This document shows positions 21,813-35,383 of a stretch of 64,000 nt of DNA, one piece after another. This DNA comes from Craspedostauros australis. Taxonomy: Eukaryota. Below the pieces are notes generated by a model. That model was not told the origin of the DNA and made no database searches. It was given only the letters and a program-made list of their open reading frames with translations. Every line of letters begins with the position of its first letter. The first letter of the stretch is position 1. The translations under genes and the position numbers were made by a program. The stretch is taken from the NCBI GenBank assembly GCA_030167865.1, contig JALAGF010003705.1, positions 1 through 64,000 on the forward strand. Reading direction: 5' to 3'.

Positions 21813-24800
21813 ATGGGGTCATCTCACTCCGCACCGCGCAGACCGAGCGCCCGTCGGTCGATGCTGGGCCAGAACGCGCAGCACAACAGCAACGGGCAGG
21901 ACGCGGACAGCGATCCCTCGGACTACCCCACGGCAGCCGAGCGGCGACGAAGCCACAGCGACCTCTATGCTGGAACCGCGGGCTTCGGAACGGGTCAGCA
22001 CCGCGAGGACTACGCAGAGCGCCGAATGACCTACAGCTACGATGGCTTCGGGCCTGCTGCTGCGCTGTACGGGGCGGAGGACGCGGACTCCGGTTCGTTC
22101 TACTCCCGCCACTCCGCCGCTCATTCCGCCCCCGCAGCTTCCAGGCAGAGGCAGCGGCCCAGCAGGTTGCTGTCGCCGGAGGACACGGAGTTCATCGGCA
22201 TGACCACCAACGCGGCGGCTGCGGGATCCGCTTCAGCGGCGGCGGCCATCGGTGGCATGGCCTCCCTCAACTCCAACGAGACCATCAACCGCCGTGAGGA
22301 AAGGTCGCGACGTGCCAGCGGCGCTGGCACCAGGAGATCCGGCCGCATGGGCAGAAAGAACTCGAGTCGCAGCATCGGTGGCAGCGAAGTCATGGACAGC
22401 GTGGACGAATTGGCGATCTCCATCAACCCGTCCACGGCGCCCACGACGACATCGCCGGGACCATCGTCGGGGCGGCCTCACGCGCTGCTGCCGTCCGCAT
22501 CGGCTGCACCGACGGCTCTGGCGGGACAGATCAATGCGGCGTCGTCACGATCCAACGCGCCGCCGTCTCCATACTATCCATCCGGCCAGCAGCAGCTCTC
22601 GAATCCGTACCCGTCGATGCTGCCTCCGACGAATCATCATCAGCAATCCGGTGATCCTCGAATGGTACGCAGATGCGATTCATGTATTGTTGTGTAGTGT
22701 GCAGCGCGCAAGACGGGGTATCTGATGATGACGAACTGCGATGCGGATGACTGGTGCACATTATTTTTAATGTATGGGAATGCGAGCAGGGAATGCCAGC
22801 AAGAGAACAACAACATACCGATTCATGCATGCATCATTGAGGCTGCATCTCGCGTACCCGCGTTCTGACCGTCTGTGCTCTGCTCTACATGCAAGTCCGG
22901 ATACTCACTTTTGTACTACTGCACACTTTGCTCCGTTCCATGCCGCTCTCATCCTTCTCTTGACGACATTTACGTACTCGATGGACTCTCGCCTTCCATT
23001 CCGTCTACTCGCACAGCACCAGAGCTCGTCGTACAATCCCAATGCCCACCCATCGATGATGTCAACAGTGTCGGGAGTATCGTCGTACAGTCACATTTCC
23101 TCCAATTCGTCCATGAACTCCTCGCTTCCTCCGTTTGGAAATCGCTCAGCAACAATGATGGAACCTGTGGTGCATGAACAGCAGCAGCACCCGCACCATG
23201 GTCCAGGCAGCACGAACAGCATGGTCAGCTCTGTGAATACGAGCATCTCGCATGAAAGCTTCCGATTGGGCGGTGTGGCAAACAACGCAGTTGGCACTCC
23301 TGCCGGAGGCAACGGCGGCAGCGGCGCGCCCAACGTCGCTGGCAGAACGGGGCCGCCATCGGTCGCAGGCAGCCAGCATTCGCAGCAACAGCTCCCACCG
23401 CAATCTCAGCAAATGCCAAGCGCCCACGACGAGGCCTCTCAATACACACAGCCGCATGCCGACTTCTTCCCGCAGGGCAGTCGCCGGCACGAATGGATGG
23501 GGCGCAGCATCGAAACGTTAATCTTGGGTTACGGCAGAGTGGCTCCCATCCTCTGCCTGCTGGAAGATGAAGACGATCGTCGATCCGGCGGGGCGCCGTA
23601 CGGTCATGGTGGATACGGGCATGGCGGCGGATACGGCATCCCTGGCAGCGAAGATGGATCCGGCAGCGTGTGGGGACCGCAACCACGGCGGAGGAGCACC
23701 ATCAGCACCCTGGGCAGCGAACTCGGCAGGCGCAGCAGCCTTGGGAGCTTCCCCGGAAGCAGACGCGGGAGTCTGGTCGGACGCGACAATCCATCCATGA
23801 TGCACGGCGGAACGCTTGCCAATTACTACAACCGTCGTCGTGGCACAACCAGCGGCCCGGCTGGGAATGCCTCCGCGCAAGGTGGCCCCGTTGACGCCAA
23901 CGGCTACGAGAGAGGCGCCGCTCCTGGAAGCCGTCGTGGTTCGGCCGCGACATCCTACAGCGGCAGCAGAAGAGGTTCCGCCTCACACGGACCATCCTAC
24001 AGACGCCGCATGTCAGTGTCCCGCATGAGCGCCGACGGCAGCGACGGTAGCTGTCCGCCATCCTCCTCCGCCACGGGTGGACCCAATGTGGTATTTTCCC
24101 TCATGGCACGAGAGTACACGGGCCGTGGCAAATCCAAGAACCCCAAGCCGATGGCACGGAGGTTGAAGGATTTTGGCGGTCAGGCACTCTTCGCGTCCCT
24201 CGATCGTCCGGCCGGAGGCATTTGCTCCGAAGTCACCTTCTTGTCGGAGGTAATTGACAGCGGTGACTGGTCGGAAACACAAGCCGTAATTTCGAGAATC
24301 GCACCGCGTCTGATCGGCGACCCAGCCGCCGCCATGCAGGCCGCCAACGATGGAGCGCGAGGCACCAACAGCATAGACGATGCCCACCTCCCACCCAACG
24401 CCTCCAGGTACTACGCCGGTGGAGGGCGGCTCGGTTTGGAACGCGACGCATTTGTGCTTGCCGGAGGCATCGACGTGCTCATGCGCATCTTTCGGGAACC
24501 CGGCTTCGTCGGCGAAGAAATGGCCCAAAGCTACGACGCCCGCGACCTGAGCGAGGAACTCGTTGCCACGCGTCTCGCAGCCTGCTGGAATGAAGTGCTG
24601 ATATCATTGCGGGAGTTGGTAGACGCCATCCCCTCCCTCGTGGAGCACAAGGAGATCTCGGATGGCGGCGAATTCGTGCCATTCCTTTTCACGCTGCTGG
24701 CGCATGATTCATGCTTCGACAGCGCTGCACCATTGATCGAGGAAATCCTCAGTCTGCAATCGCATTCACCGCCCCAACCACTGCCGGACGTCGACGCTTT

Positions 24801-27675
24801 ACCATCCATGGAGGACGGTCCCGTGCAGCCAGTTCTGGGCCGTTCGCCGCCACCCACGACGTTCTTCCTGGGCAACGTGACCGATCTGTACAAATTGTGG
24901 GAAGGATTCAACTGCCGACAGCTGGCGCATTTTTGCAGAATTCTGGCGCTCCTCGTGTTCGAACCAGAAGACAGACAGCTGCTGGAAAGCCCGACCGTTC
25001 TCAAGTCGATCGAATTGCTGCAGCTCCGTCGCAACCGCGCCGCGCGGGCTGGTCGTGATTCGACGGTGGACATGAATCAGTCGATAATGCTGGGAGATGA
25101 ACAGCTCGTCGGTCGTTTGCTGAAATTGCTGCGCATCATGAACTTCGCCCCGACCTTGCGCCGCAGCTCGCCGTACCACGTCATGGCGCACTTTCCGTTC
25201 ATTGCCGACACCTTGGTCATGCTTGGCCTCAACGAATTGGATAACTGGGATGATGTGGATCGTATGGAGGAGCTTGCGCGGCAGATCATCAAGGAGTGGA
25301 CTCCAAGTGACGTCGCAAACGGTGGCGATACCAACGGTGGCGGCGGCACTTCGAGCAGCAGCAACGAAGGCGAGAATGGAGAGCCAGCCAACGATGGACC
25401 ACCAGCCGTCAGCGACCTCGGCTCTGTGGCCACCATGCTCGAGCAGCTCTCCAATACGCTCATGGGCAACGCGACAGAGCCATCAAATCAACTGGGGCAC
25501 ATCATCCATGTCATCAGCGCGGCGCAGCAGGCCGGGGTCGTGGTCGGTCGCAACCCCCGAAATTCCAGTCGAAGACTTCGAAGGAGCACGGCAAGCAGGA
25601 GCTACCAAGATGGATCGGATGACGACATGGAGGAAGGGGATGATCAGGCCCAGGGTATTAACCCAATGATCGACCCTATGTTCGCCCAGCAGTTGCAAGA
25701 CAGAGAAGCCGAGCTTGATGACATTGAGAATAATCCGTCAATACAGGTTGTCGGCATCGGACTTGAGGGCGCCAACATTCGTGACTCGTTAACAGGCCAG
25801 ACACGGTCTCTCGGCCTCCGAACACCTGAGGATGCCGCAAATTCGCTGCAGTTCAATGCTCTGCTTCTCGGTCCGTACCAGGTCGAAGTTCTGTTCGTGC
25901 TCTGCACCCTCCTTGGCGGACGCAGGAAGCTCGACGCCCAGGACATCCTGAACGAGCTCAGCATCATCTCGATTCTCGATGATATGTTCGGCCGGTTGCC
26001 GTGGGATTCATTGACGGCAACGAGACAGCCCATCATCCGAACATCAGACGAGGATCAGAACGGTGCCGGAAATGGACAGGGCGATCAGCAGCCGCACGGC
26101 ATCCATGGTCCGGGATGCGACTGTACGCCGGAAAGCGCTTTATGCGTGCAGTACCTGCGTCTGTTGCACAACTTCTGCGACAGAGACTGTGATAACTACT
26201 CGGGTCGCAGGCTTTTGCTGAGTCAGGCCGAACGTCGTTACGTATTCGACCAGTTGCCGAACGTCGCGCACTGTGACATCTCGAACCTCACGCCAGGTCT
26301 GCTGTCCAAGGTCATCGCCGCATTCGTCGGCGAGTCCGAAGAATCTCCGTACAGGTTCTGGCTGGCAAGCTGCATCGAGTCCTACTTGCGTGGATCGTCC
26401 GCGACCGAGCAGGTCTTCGTGGCGCACACGGGGCTGTTGGAAAATTTGATTGCTGACATCACGAGCGAGCGGTTGCATTGTGCGGGAAGCCTGCAAACAT
26501 CTTTCGATTTGCTGGGGGAGCTGTGCAAGGGCAACGCGCAAGTGCTCGACCTACTGGTGAGCAACCTCGACGAGGAGAAATTCCGAAAGCTCATGAGCGT
26601 CGCAGCCGCGAATCTGGTGGACTCCAACGTCTTCATCCGTTCTCTCATCCTGAGCCTCGAACGCCTCTCATCGGCAAAGGGTCTCATGCCGTTGCACATC
26701 GATGAACAGCAAGCCATGGCGCGCAGAGGCTCGTGGAGCAGTCACAACGGTGATTTCTCGCGCAACTACCTTTCGCATTCTTGGTGGGATACCCGTCTGG
26801 TCGATGTGCAGCAAAAGGACCGCGGCGCGGAGAAGTCCATGCAGAACGACGAGGCGATCATGGACAGCGCACGGTCCTCGGATTGGTTCCCTTCTATGGG
26901 CATGATCCAATCGTTCGGCATACAACCCCCGGCTGGCCTGGGAATCAACCCGTCAGTCGGCATGAACGACAGCGTGGGTCACTTCGGCTGGGTCTTCACC
27001 CCTTCCGGCGACATGTTAAACGACGCCGCGCATGCTCCGAACACAGTCGAGCGACTCTCGTGGTTCCTATCGGCCAACCAAACAAGGCTGCTGCGGGATT
27101 TGCTGCGGGTTGTCGACCTGCGCAACATCAACCATGAAAACATCTGCTGTCTCAACACAGCAGTCGTCATCGCCATCTTCGCGCACCGAAGAAACCAGCT
27201 GCATATCTTGTTGCAGGATCTGAGACGCATGAACGAGGAAGAGAAGGCCACAACCCGACGTGCGATTGATGCAACGCACAACGATAACGTCATCGATCGC
27301 GCATTCGTGCAAGCGATGAAATACTTGGACATCGATAGAGAGACGCCGCCGGCTCCTTACACACGACGAGCGTCTCTCACGCGCCGAGGCTCCACGTCGA
27401 CCTCCGCAAATGACATGGCGGACAGAAACGACGTCATGAGAAACTTCCGTGAAGTGCTTTGGTTCTGGTTCGAGTACTACACCCACAGGGGCCGGGACAG
27501 GCTTTCGCTGGAATTTTCCTCTCACCTCCGCTTTCAGGAATGGATAGAGGTCGTCTCGTTGCTCGGTGCCGACAATGGGTCGCCAACGGCGTTGGTCCGG
27601 CGACCGATCCGTCTGCCGCGCAGTCCGTATCAACGTGCCCCGCGCATTGCTGATGGTTCCATGAGAAGCACATAA
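21813..27675 (+). CDS. TRPC4AP: TRPC4AP/TRUSS-like protein (DUF3689) with a long disordered N-terminus; exons 21813-22664 and 23017-27675
   Basis: HGPGCDCTPESALCVQYLRLLHNFCD, SPYRFWLASCIESYLRG, LQTSFDLLGEL, NLVDSNVFIR, INHENICCLNT and NFREVLWFW..YY..RGRDR.SLE match TRPC4AP blocks. Phase-0 intron 22665-23016 (GTACGC...CAG) joins the two ORFs in frame. Confidence 0.82.
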
Positions 27676-28047
27676 GCAGCACGTAGGCTGGTCAAGCAGT
27701 CAGCAGTAAATGCATACAAGTACTCCATGCGAGGTGTCAGCAAGATTAGAGCCTGGTAGAAATCCATCGTTGTGCTCGTAACAGCTAAAGGGACACCGAT
27801 CAATCAGCCGACCATCTAGACTGCCTCTGCCCTCACGATCAATTGAGGAAAAGTGGCACGTTCCTACTCTCTCCAGAGTGTATTAGGTTGACACAGAGTC
27901 ATCAAAGTGATGAGAGTGGGTACTTACTCCCTTGATGCGAGACGTCGTTCCATTGCCAGTTCGCAGTTCATACGATCCGAGTCAGCGAGTGGACCAACCA
28001 TGGGTAGTACCGCCACGATCCTCGTACTCGTATTACGAGTATCTCCG

Positions 28048-30297
28048 TCATGGTGCGATAGCTTTGCAGGCAGCCGTATTCGGTCCGGGACAGTCATCTC
28101 CTGCATTGCCAAGAACATGCTTGAGGCTGGGATCACCACCCAATCTGCCTGTGTTTGTATGCAGCTCGGCAAGGGAAGTGATGAAACCCCCCAAAGAAGC
28201 ACATACAATGGTCTGTGTGCAACTCTCGATGATGATGATAGTCCCAGGAAACACGTCGACACAGGACGAGTCACCTCGGCAAGATCCTTCACTCACAGTC
28301 ATCGATCCAGTGGAAGAAGGAGATGTGGAGCAAGCAGTGGATCCAGTGCAGCAGTCATTCCCAATGCACACTGTTGCCACAGCCAATCCATTCCTGGTGA
28401 AGAGCTTCTTGCTCTCTACTGCCTTCATCAGTGCACCTGTGTTGGAAATCCAGGGTTATAGTTAGTACTGTTATCTAATCTGTTATTAGATCGTACCGTT
28501 TTGGAATTGTGGGCTCAATCTCACTTCCTCTTCCAATTTCATTTTCATTGTAGGCATTCACTGTGGTAGCATCGCGGGGTATCACTGTGTTCCTGGGCGC
28601 TTCCTTCTGCATTCATCATGCCTTGCTTGTGTATCTTCATACGTTTTTCTCCATGCCCTTGTCTCAATGTCTCGTCATTTGTATCTGCGTACTTGTGTCT
28701 ATCTATGTTCACTTGGTACAAATCTGCAGTCCTGCATGCTTGCTTGTCATATGTTTTGATCCTCAATCCTGTGACACCTCATCTTACAATTGGTGTCACC
28801 CTTGGTGATGTTCCAAACCTGCAGTTGTTCTGATCCTTTCTGATGTTCCAAACCAGTGGCTGTTCTTGCCCGCAGGAGGGGTGAGTGCTGCTTCCCAGAT
28901 GGGGTGCAGCACTTGCCCACTGCCCTGCTTGTTCTGGCTGATGTTGCCATCTGCATAGCCACCATGGTTGGTTTGGTGTCAGGACCTACTGTTCCACTTG
29001 GTGAGGTTCTTATACTATTTGAGGACAGGCTACCCTTTCTTCTTGGTAGGACTGAGATCAGCCCCATTTGTCTTTGTTCGTGGGTGTGATGGATAAGACT
29101 CAAACAGTGTGGTGGATAATAGTCAAAGGTGTGATGAATAGTATTCAAAGGTGTGACGAATAATTGTGGGAGGTGCGGCAATCATGGGTATCTTGACAAA
29201 GTTGTACCCTTGATTCCTGACACATTTGTTCCAAGGCATGCACCATCCTGGACTGTCACATCTCTGTAGGATTGGTATCCCACTGCCTTGCAGAATCGTC
29301 CAGTGGTGCATGCGGCCTTGCCAACAAAGGTGACATGGGAAACGATGGGATCAGCATCCGGGTGATTCATGGAGTCGCACACTCTCTCCAATGCACGACG
29401 AGTCCAGGATGAGAGGATTGGGTCCCATGTTGTTGCATGCGTTGTTGCCGAGGCATGCGGTGATGGACACAGTCATGAATGGTGTCTCAGGAGAATCGGC
29501 GTCAGAAGCGACCGCCGTGGCGGCACATCCGGATGATCCTTGGCAGCGTGGATTGGTGTCGGGCGGAGACTGGGCCATCCCAATGGCCATGCAGGCCGCC
29601 TTCATTGCACTCGGTCGTTCCGTGATGAGGGTTGCGTGGGTATCAGCCAGCAGCGTGAGTTCGTCAACGAGCGCCGGATTCGTTGCATACCTGTTGAAGA
29701 GCTTGCGTGCTGCTCCTTCTCCCAGATCTCCTGCGCATCCGAAGTAGTTTTGCAAGAATGAGGACTTCCTCACGGCGAGCACAGCCTCACGGCAGGGTTC
29801 CTTGGTGGCATCGCATGTGATGCTTTTCGCACGAGCTTGATCAAGAGAGTGGTGGTACCGTCGGTTTTGCATACGACGGAGACAGTGGAATCGAAATTGT
29901 TTGAAATGGGCGGCGGAACGGTATTCGCTAGCGTTGTGGGATGGGATGCTGGCTGATCGGTTTGGTCGGTGCTGCCCAGGCCGGAGGTTGGCGTTGATGT
30001 CGGATTGGTGGTTAGATTGGAGGTGGGAATGAGTGACGGGGAGGCGGACGGAGGGGAGGACAGAGGATCGCCTGATGCTGGGTTTGTCTCTGGTGTGTTG
30101 TTCTTGTTCATCTTCGTCTTTGGTGGCTTGTTGTTCTCATTGGTACCTACGGTTCCCTTGAGCATACGGGTGGCATGGACCACGACATGGAGCTCATCGA
30201 CTGCTTTCGTGTGTTTGTCTCCTCGAAGGCGGGCTTTGGCAGTCGTCAAGCAGGCGAGGAAGAGGATGGCGGCGATGGTGGATCTGATTGTGGTCAT
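28048..30297 (-). pseudogene. Decayed secreted cysteine-rich repeat protein gene (or two decayed paralogs)
   Basis: The signal-peptide ORF (29770-30297, MTTIRSTIAAILFLACLTTAKA-RLRG) continues by frameshifts into 29351-29872 (ACLGNNAC, SCIGE) and 29182-29391 (RVCD, AACTTGRFC, GACLG). A further fragment at 28048-28428 (CIGNDCC, GSCRGDSSC, ESCTQTIVC) has the same xC-x-G-x-x-x-C repeat. CpG is depleted. Confidence 0.55.
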
Positions 30298-30944
30298 TAT
30301 TGTTTGATTATCATTGTTGTTATTCTTGTTGTTGATGGTGGCCTTGTTGATTTGTAAGCACGAGCTGAATGATTTTCGTCTGTATCAAAACGGACGTGTG
30401 GTTGGTGGTGGGTGGTTTCCGGCAAAGAGGAGATTCGTTGACTGGTGTGGCCTTCCGAGGAACACCTTTGTGGAGAAGTGGTGGCCTGGGAGGAAGTGGT
30501 AGCCGGTCAAAAGTGCCACCAACAGGCCCCAATGAACAGTCGACGGGATGAAAGAGATGTCGACAACTAGATGTAAAGGCAGCCTTGCACGAAAAAGCAA
30601 GGCGCTGCTGACAACTGCGTCGTGATTGCCATACTGACACTGTACGAGCGTGGCTGTCAACGCCGATGTTGGTGTCCGTCTGTCATTCTCTAGAATCAAG
30701 AGCGGATGTTAGTGTGTTTCTATGTCTATCTGTTTGTATGAATGTACGTCTCGATTTTCTTTTGCCTGCCTTGCCGAGATGTGGTTGTGCCAAACAACGG
30801 CATAAGTGCTGCCCTGACGAGAAATGCGTCTTCTATCGACCTTCGCACATACTTGTAATGTGCTGCTTCCCTCTCTCTCTCTCTCTCTCTCTTGTGTTGC
30901 TATCACCATCGTGCTCGGTTGAATGGTCGTGACCGCATTTATTT

Positions 30945-31958
30945 CTACGACTGAGCGCTGCCGCTCTCGATGTCACCCGATCCTGTTTCTTCATCATCAT
31001 TGTCGCTATTTCCGTCAGACTTGTCGTTGACGCCCGAAGCCTTTTCTGATGCCGCTGCTGGGACAGTGTTGCTGGTTCTGTTTCCCATGCAGTACACGAG
31101 AGCGACCAAGATAGCGACTCCAAACACACCGCTGGCAACAATCAAGCCGACCACCGCGCCATCAGACAATTCATCGCTGCTGTCTGTGTTCAAGTCACTG
31201 GCTGCAGGTGTCGTTGTGGTTGTCGACTCGTCACTTTCTTTGTTCTCCTCCATCTCCTCGGTTTCGCTGGAATCGCTGCTACTCGCACCTCCAGATGTAT
31301 CATCTATGGGTTCGTCATCTTCCTGCACATTGCATTGTGGAGAGACTTCGTTGCCGTCGCAGTCGTACTGGACTTCAGCGAGGACACTTGCGTCAGATCG
31401 TCGGAGCACACGGACATGGGCCGAGTTGAATTCCACGCCAATGTCGCCGCAGGATGTGATGGTGGATTCAATTGATGCGAGCTCCATCAGTGCCGACATG
31501 TCGAGATCGTTTGTGGTGGCGGCGGCGGTGGATGTCGTCTCGTCGATCTGGTCCGACCCGTGTTGTGCCACAACCGCCATGAGGCACTCCTTCAGACTGT
31601 CGACAGCCATTTCCTGAAATCGCACATCTGGGCCTGGGGTGACGATGTTTGCGGCGCATGTTCCGCTGGCATCAGGGTTCATGCCGTCCATTTTGCACGT
31701 CATCAGTGGGTGGCACTTTTCTTGTTCCCAGAAGGGAACGAATCCTCCGCATGCCTCGCCTATCTTGGCGTACGCCACACATTCTCTGGCCGTCTCGGCT
31801 TCATCTTTGGCGCGACACCAGGTGCCGGCAGAGCAATCGTCGTCCGTTGTGCATGGATTGCTGGCGACAGTGGATCCGAACCCGAGGGGGCGGTATGCGT
31901 GTGCTGGAGCAGTGAGGGAAAGGGAAAGGAGAAGCGAGGAAATGATTGCGGATTTCAT
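30945..31958 (-). CDS. Type I single-pass membrane protein with an N-terminal Cys-rich (IGFBP/protease-inhibitor-like) module
   Basis: Signal peptide MKSAIISSLLLSLSLTAPAHA; Cys module CTTDDDC...WC...C...GEACGGF...C...C...GTC; Ser/Thr/Glu stalk; TM helix GAVVGLIVASGVFGVAILVALVY; short acidic tail. Confidence 0.7.
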   Translation of the reverse strand: MKSAIISSLLLSLSLTAPAHAYRPLGFGSTVASNPCTTDDDCSAGTWCRAKDEAETARECVAYAKIGEACGGFVPFWEQEKCHPLMTCKMDGMNPDASGTCAANIVTPGPDVRFQEMAVDSLKECLMAVVAQHGSDQIDETTSTAAATTNDLDMSALMELASIESTITSCGDIGVEFNSAHVRVLRRSDASVLAEVQYDCDGNEVSPQCNVQEDDEPIDDTSGGASSSDSSETEEMEENKESDESTTTTTPAASDLNTDSSDELSDGAVVGLIVASGVFGVAILVALVYCMGNRTSNTVPAAASEKASGVNDKSDGNSDNDDEETGSGDIESGSAQS

Positions 31959-33386
31959 GTTGCTGTGTTGTTGAATAGGTTGATGATGTCGTTGTGTTGG
32001 CTTATTCTAGTTTCTATTGTTGCTTTTGCCGTTGTTGATGTTGTTGTTTCGGATGCTGTTGTGCAGTGGTGCAGAGGAATCGTGATTGATGTGTTGCAAT
32101 TGTTGTAGTTTGTGAGCTTGTTGCGTTTTGAATTTGCGTTGGTTGGAATTGTGAGAAGAAGTCAAGAGAGCGTGATCCGTGAGCAAGATCAGGAGTGCAG
32201 GTGTGAGCAAATGCTGTTGGCTGTGATGCAAACAGGATCGGATGAATGTGCTGCAAGATTTCAAGACGATGCAAGATGTGAAGTAGCCTGTGACCATGTT
32301 GGCATGTTTGCTCACCTGTCACGACAAGTATTCTCCGAGTAATCACTGGGTATTATGATGTAGAGAATTCATATGTCGGTGGCGGTAATGGCAGTAGTAA
32401 TCGCACATGGCGACATGATGTCAATGTGTTGCCCTCTTGCTGTGAGTATGCAGAATCAAGCATCGCGAATCACGCTTCCGTCCCTGGTGTTGTTGTGTTG
32501 TGTCGTTGTGGCTTTGGTTTTCGGTTTTGGTTTTCGCAAGTTTGTGTGGAGAACAACAAAAGATACCTTGCTGTTCGAGTCCCGTGTAGTGTTGAGTCCA
32601 TATTCGGACGGCGGCAAGACGACTTGAGGAGAATCATGAGAAGGTAGTTTTTGTTGTGTGCTGTTGTGTGTTGTTGCACCAACATCTCAACGCACAGGAT
32701 CGAGATGCTGCCTCGTGACAAGAGAGGGACATCGATGAGGCCTGGGCACTCGCGCTTCACATACCCTGGTGGGCAGTAGCACCAACATCGCAATGGACAC
32801 GCTGTGTTGGGAGCCTTGATCGTTGATGTCCTTGATGCTCTTGATGCTTGAGCGCTGTTGTGCTGTTGGTGAAGGTCGACGCATCAGATGGAGAAGAAGG
32901 TGCTGTCAGAACACAAAGAACAAAGATTATCAAAAAGGATTCAGTTCGGAAAATGGGGTATCTTTGCGAATTCGGATTTTGCACATGTTGCTGTCACAAA
33001 TTCAGAATGCATTCATCATGCCACCAGCACAAATGAGACAGACCAGCGCTAATGGCACAGTACAGTCCGATTCGGACCCAAGAGAGAGACAGGCTCTTCT
33101 TGTGTTCACATCAATGAAGGAACAAGCTCTGGTACTTCACTGCGCAGGAGCCAAGGGAGTGGACACCTTGGCACGAGGATGTGTGTGGACGTGACACCAC
33201 ACCCTGGCACTGTGGCGCTGCGGATTGCTCTCACCATACTCTCCCGCACCCAAGCACACGCTCATCTCTCACAGATGTCGAGTTCTGCAAGTCTGCTGGT
33301 TCTCTCATAAAAAAGCGAGATCTTCAAAGACAACCACTGCCCCACGCATCCACCGCAAGAGCAAACAGCAAGAGTAAGCAGCCATC

Positions 33387-35136
33387 ATGCCCATCGACAT
33401 CTCCAAACTCGAGACTCGCTTGTTCATCAACAATGAGTGGGTGAACTCAGTCTCAGGCAAGACCTTCGACACCATCAATCCTGCCACGGAGGAGATCATC
33501 TGCAGCGTTCAGGAAGCGGACGCTGCCGACGTCGACAAGGCTGTAAGTACAGACACGAATAGAATGTCTTCGTTTGTTGTTGACAGTACTGGTGATGACA
33601 CCGCCACTGCTGCAATCCATCCACACCACACTTGTGTACCCATCGCTTCCGTTCGTTTCGTTGCCATCTCACACCTCATGTCATTCATTGTTCCTCATTA
33701 TACACCTCTCCAATGAGGATGAACGCCGCTGGCGCTGCCATTGCCATTGCCACCAACAACTTCACAAACCTACCTTTCCACTAATACTCTCCTCCAATTC
33801 AAAGGTCGAAGCCGCCAATGCTGCCTTCGAACTTGGTTCTCCATGGCGATCCATGGATGGAACCCAGCGCCGCGATCTCCTCCTCAAGTTGGCCGACCTC
33901 ATCGAGCGTGACCGCGAATTCCTCGAAGAGCTGGAGGCGATGGATAACGGAAAGCCCATCGGCCGTCACAGCGGCGCGTACGGCAGCACTATCGATCTGC
34001 ACCTCGTGATTCAGCACTACCGATACTACGCTGGATGGGCTGACAAGATCAGCGGCAAGGTCATCCCTGTCGAAGGCAACAACCTGTGCTACACCCGCCG
34101 CGAGCCCATCGGGGCGTGCGGCTGCATCATTCCATGGAACTTTGCGACGGCGATGTACGCATGGAAGGTGGCACCTGCCCTTGCGGCTGGTTGCACCGTC
34201 GTCATCAAGTCGTCTGAAAAGACCCCGCTGACCGCGCTGCACATGTCCAAGCTCATCAAGGAGGCCGGGTTCCCTGCGGGTGTTGTCAACACCCTCTCCG
34301 GATTTGGTCCCACAGCAGGAGCGCATCTCGCTCGACACCCCGACATCTCCAAGATCGCCTTCACAGGCAGCACCCCTGTTGGACATGCCATCCACGCGAT
34401 GGCCTCTGAATCCAACCTCAAGAACGTCTCGTTGGAGCTGGGAGGCAAGTCTCCGCTCATCGTCCTGGATGACGCCGACCTTGACCTTGCCGTCAACACA
34501 GCGCATATCGGACTGTTCTTGAACCAAGGCCAATGCTGCTGCGCCGGATCTCGCGTCTTCGTGCATGAGGCCATCTACGATGAGTTCGTCCAGCGCGCAA
34601 AGGCCAAGGCGGAGGCGGTGAAGGTTGGACCGTACACCGATGAAACCTCCCAACATGGTCCGCAGGTCGACAAGACGCAGTTCGACCGCGTGATGGGCTA
34701 CATTGGCAAGGGCAAGGAGGAGGGCGCTCACGTCGCCACCGGTGGTCTGCGCCACGGTACGAAGGGCTTCTTCGTACAGCCAACTATTTTCATTAACGTG
34801 AACGACAACATGACGATCTCCAAGGAAGAAATCTTTGGCCCTGTCATGTGCATCCTAAAATTCAAAACCACGGATGAGGTGGTGAAGCGTGCCAACGACA
34901 CCAAGTACGGACTCGCTGCTGGCATCATTTCCAACAATGCCGGGCGCGCGTTGGGCCTTGCCAACCAGCTGCGCTGTGGCACTGTCTGGGTCAACTGCTA
35001 CGATAACTTGGATGGCGCTGCGCCATTTGGTGGATACAAGTCGTCTGGCCACGGCCGCGATAAGGGTGAGGCGGCCCTGGACAATTGGTTGGAGACCAAG
35101 ACCATCATGGTCCCTTTGGAGGGTCCACAGTGCTAG
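33387..35136 (+). CDS. Aldehyde dehydrogenase (ALDH1/2 family); exons 33387-33542 and 33805-35136
   Basis: [39 protein letters not shown] and PFGGYKSSG. Intron 33543-33804 (GTAAGT...CTAAT...AAG) gives DVDKA|VEAA. No N-terminal presequence is evident. Confidence 0.95.
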
Positions 35137-35383
35137 ATCGATTCGGGTCTGATCTGATCTGATTCGATCTGCCTTTGGTCTGGATTTTAGCAATTTATGC
35201 AGTAGAATAACAGTTAGTATGTATGCATCCATTCACCCCGTCGCAGCAAATGCAAGGCGATTTCAATCATTCTGTAAAGAGGGGGAACGGACAATGGCTC
35301 TTCGCATAGACGTGACACAATGCTGCATTGATTTACTATCCTCTAATAATGTATGGTATGTACTGCTCGTCGGAGGGTGGTCC

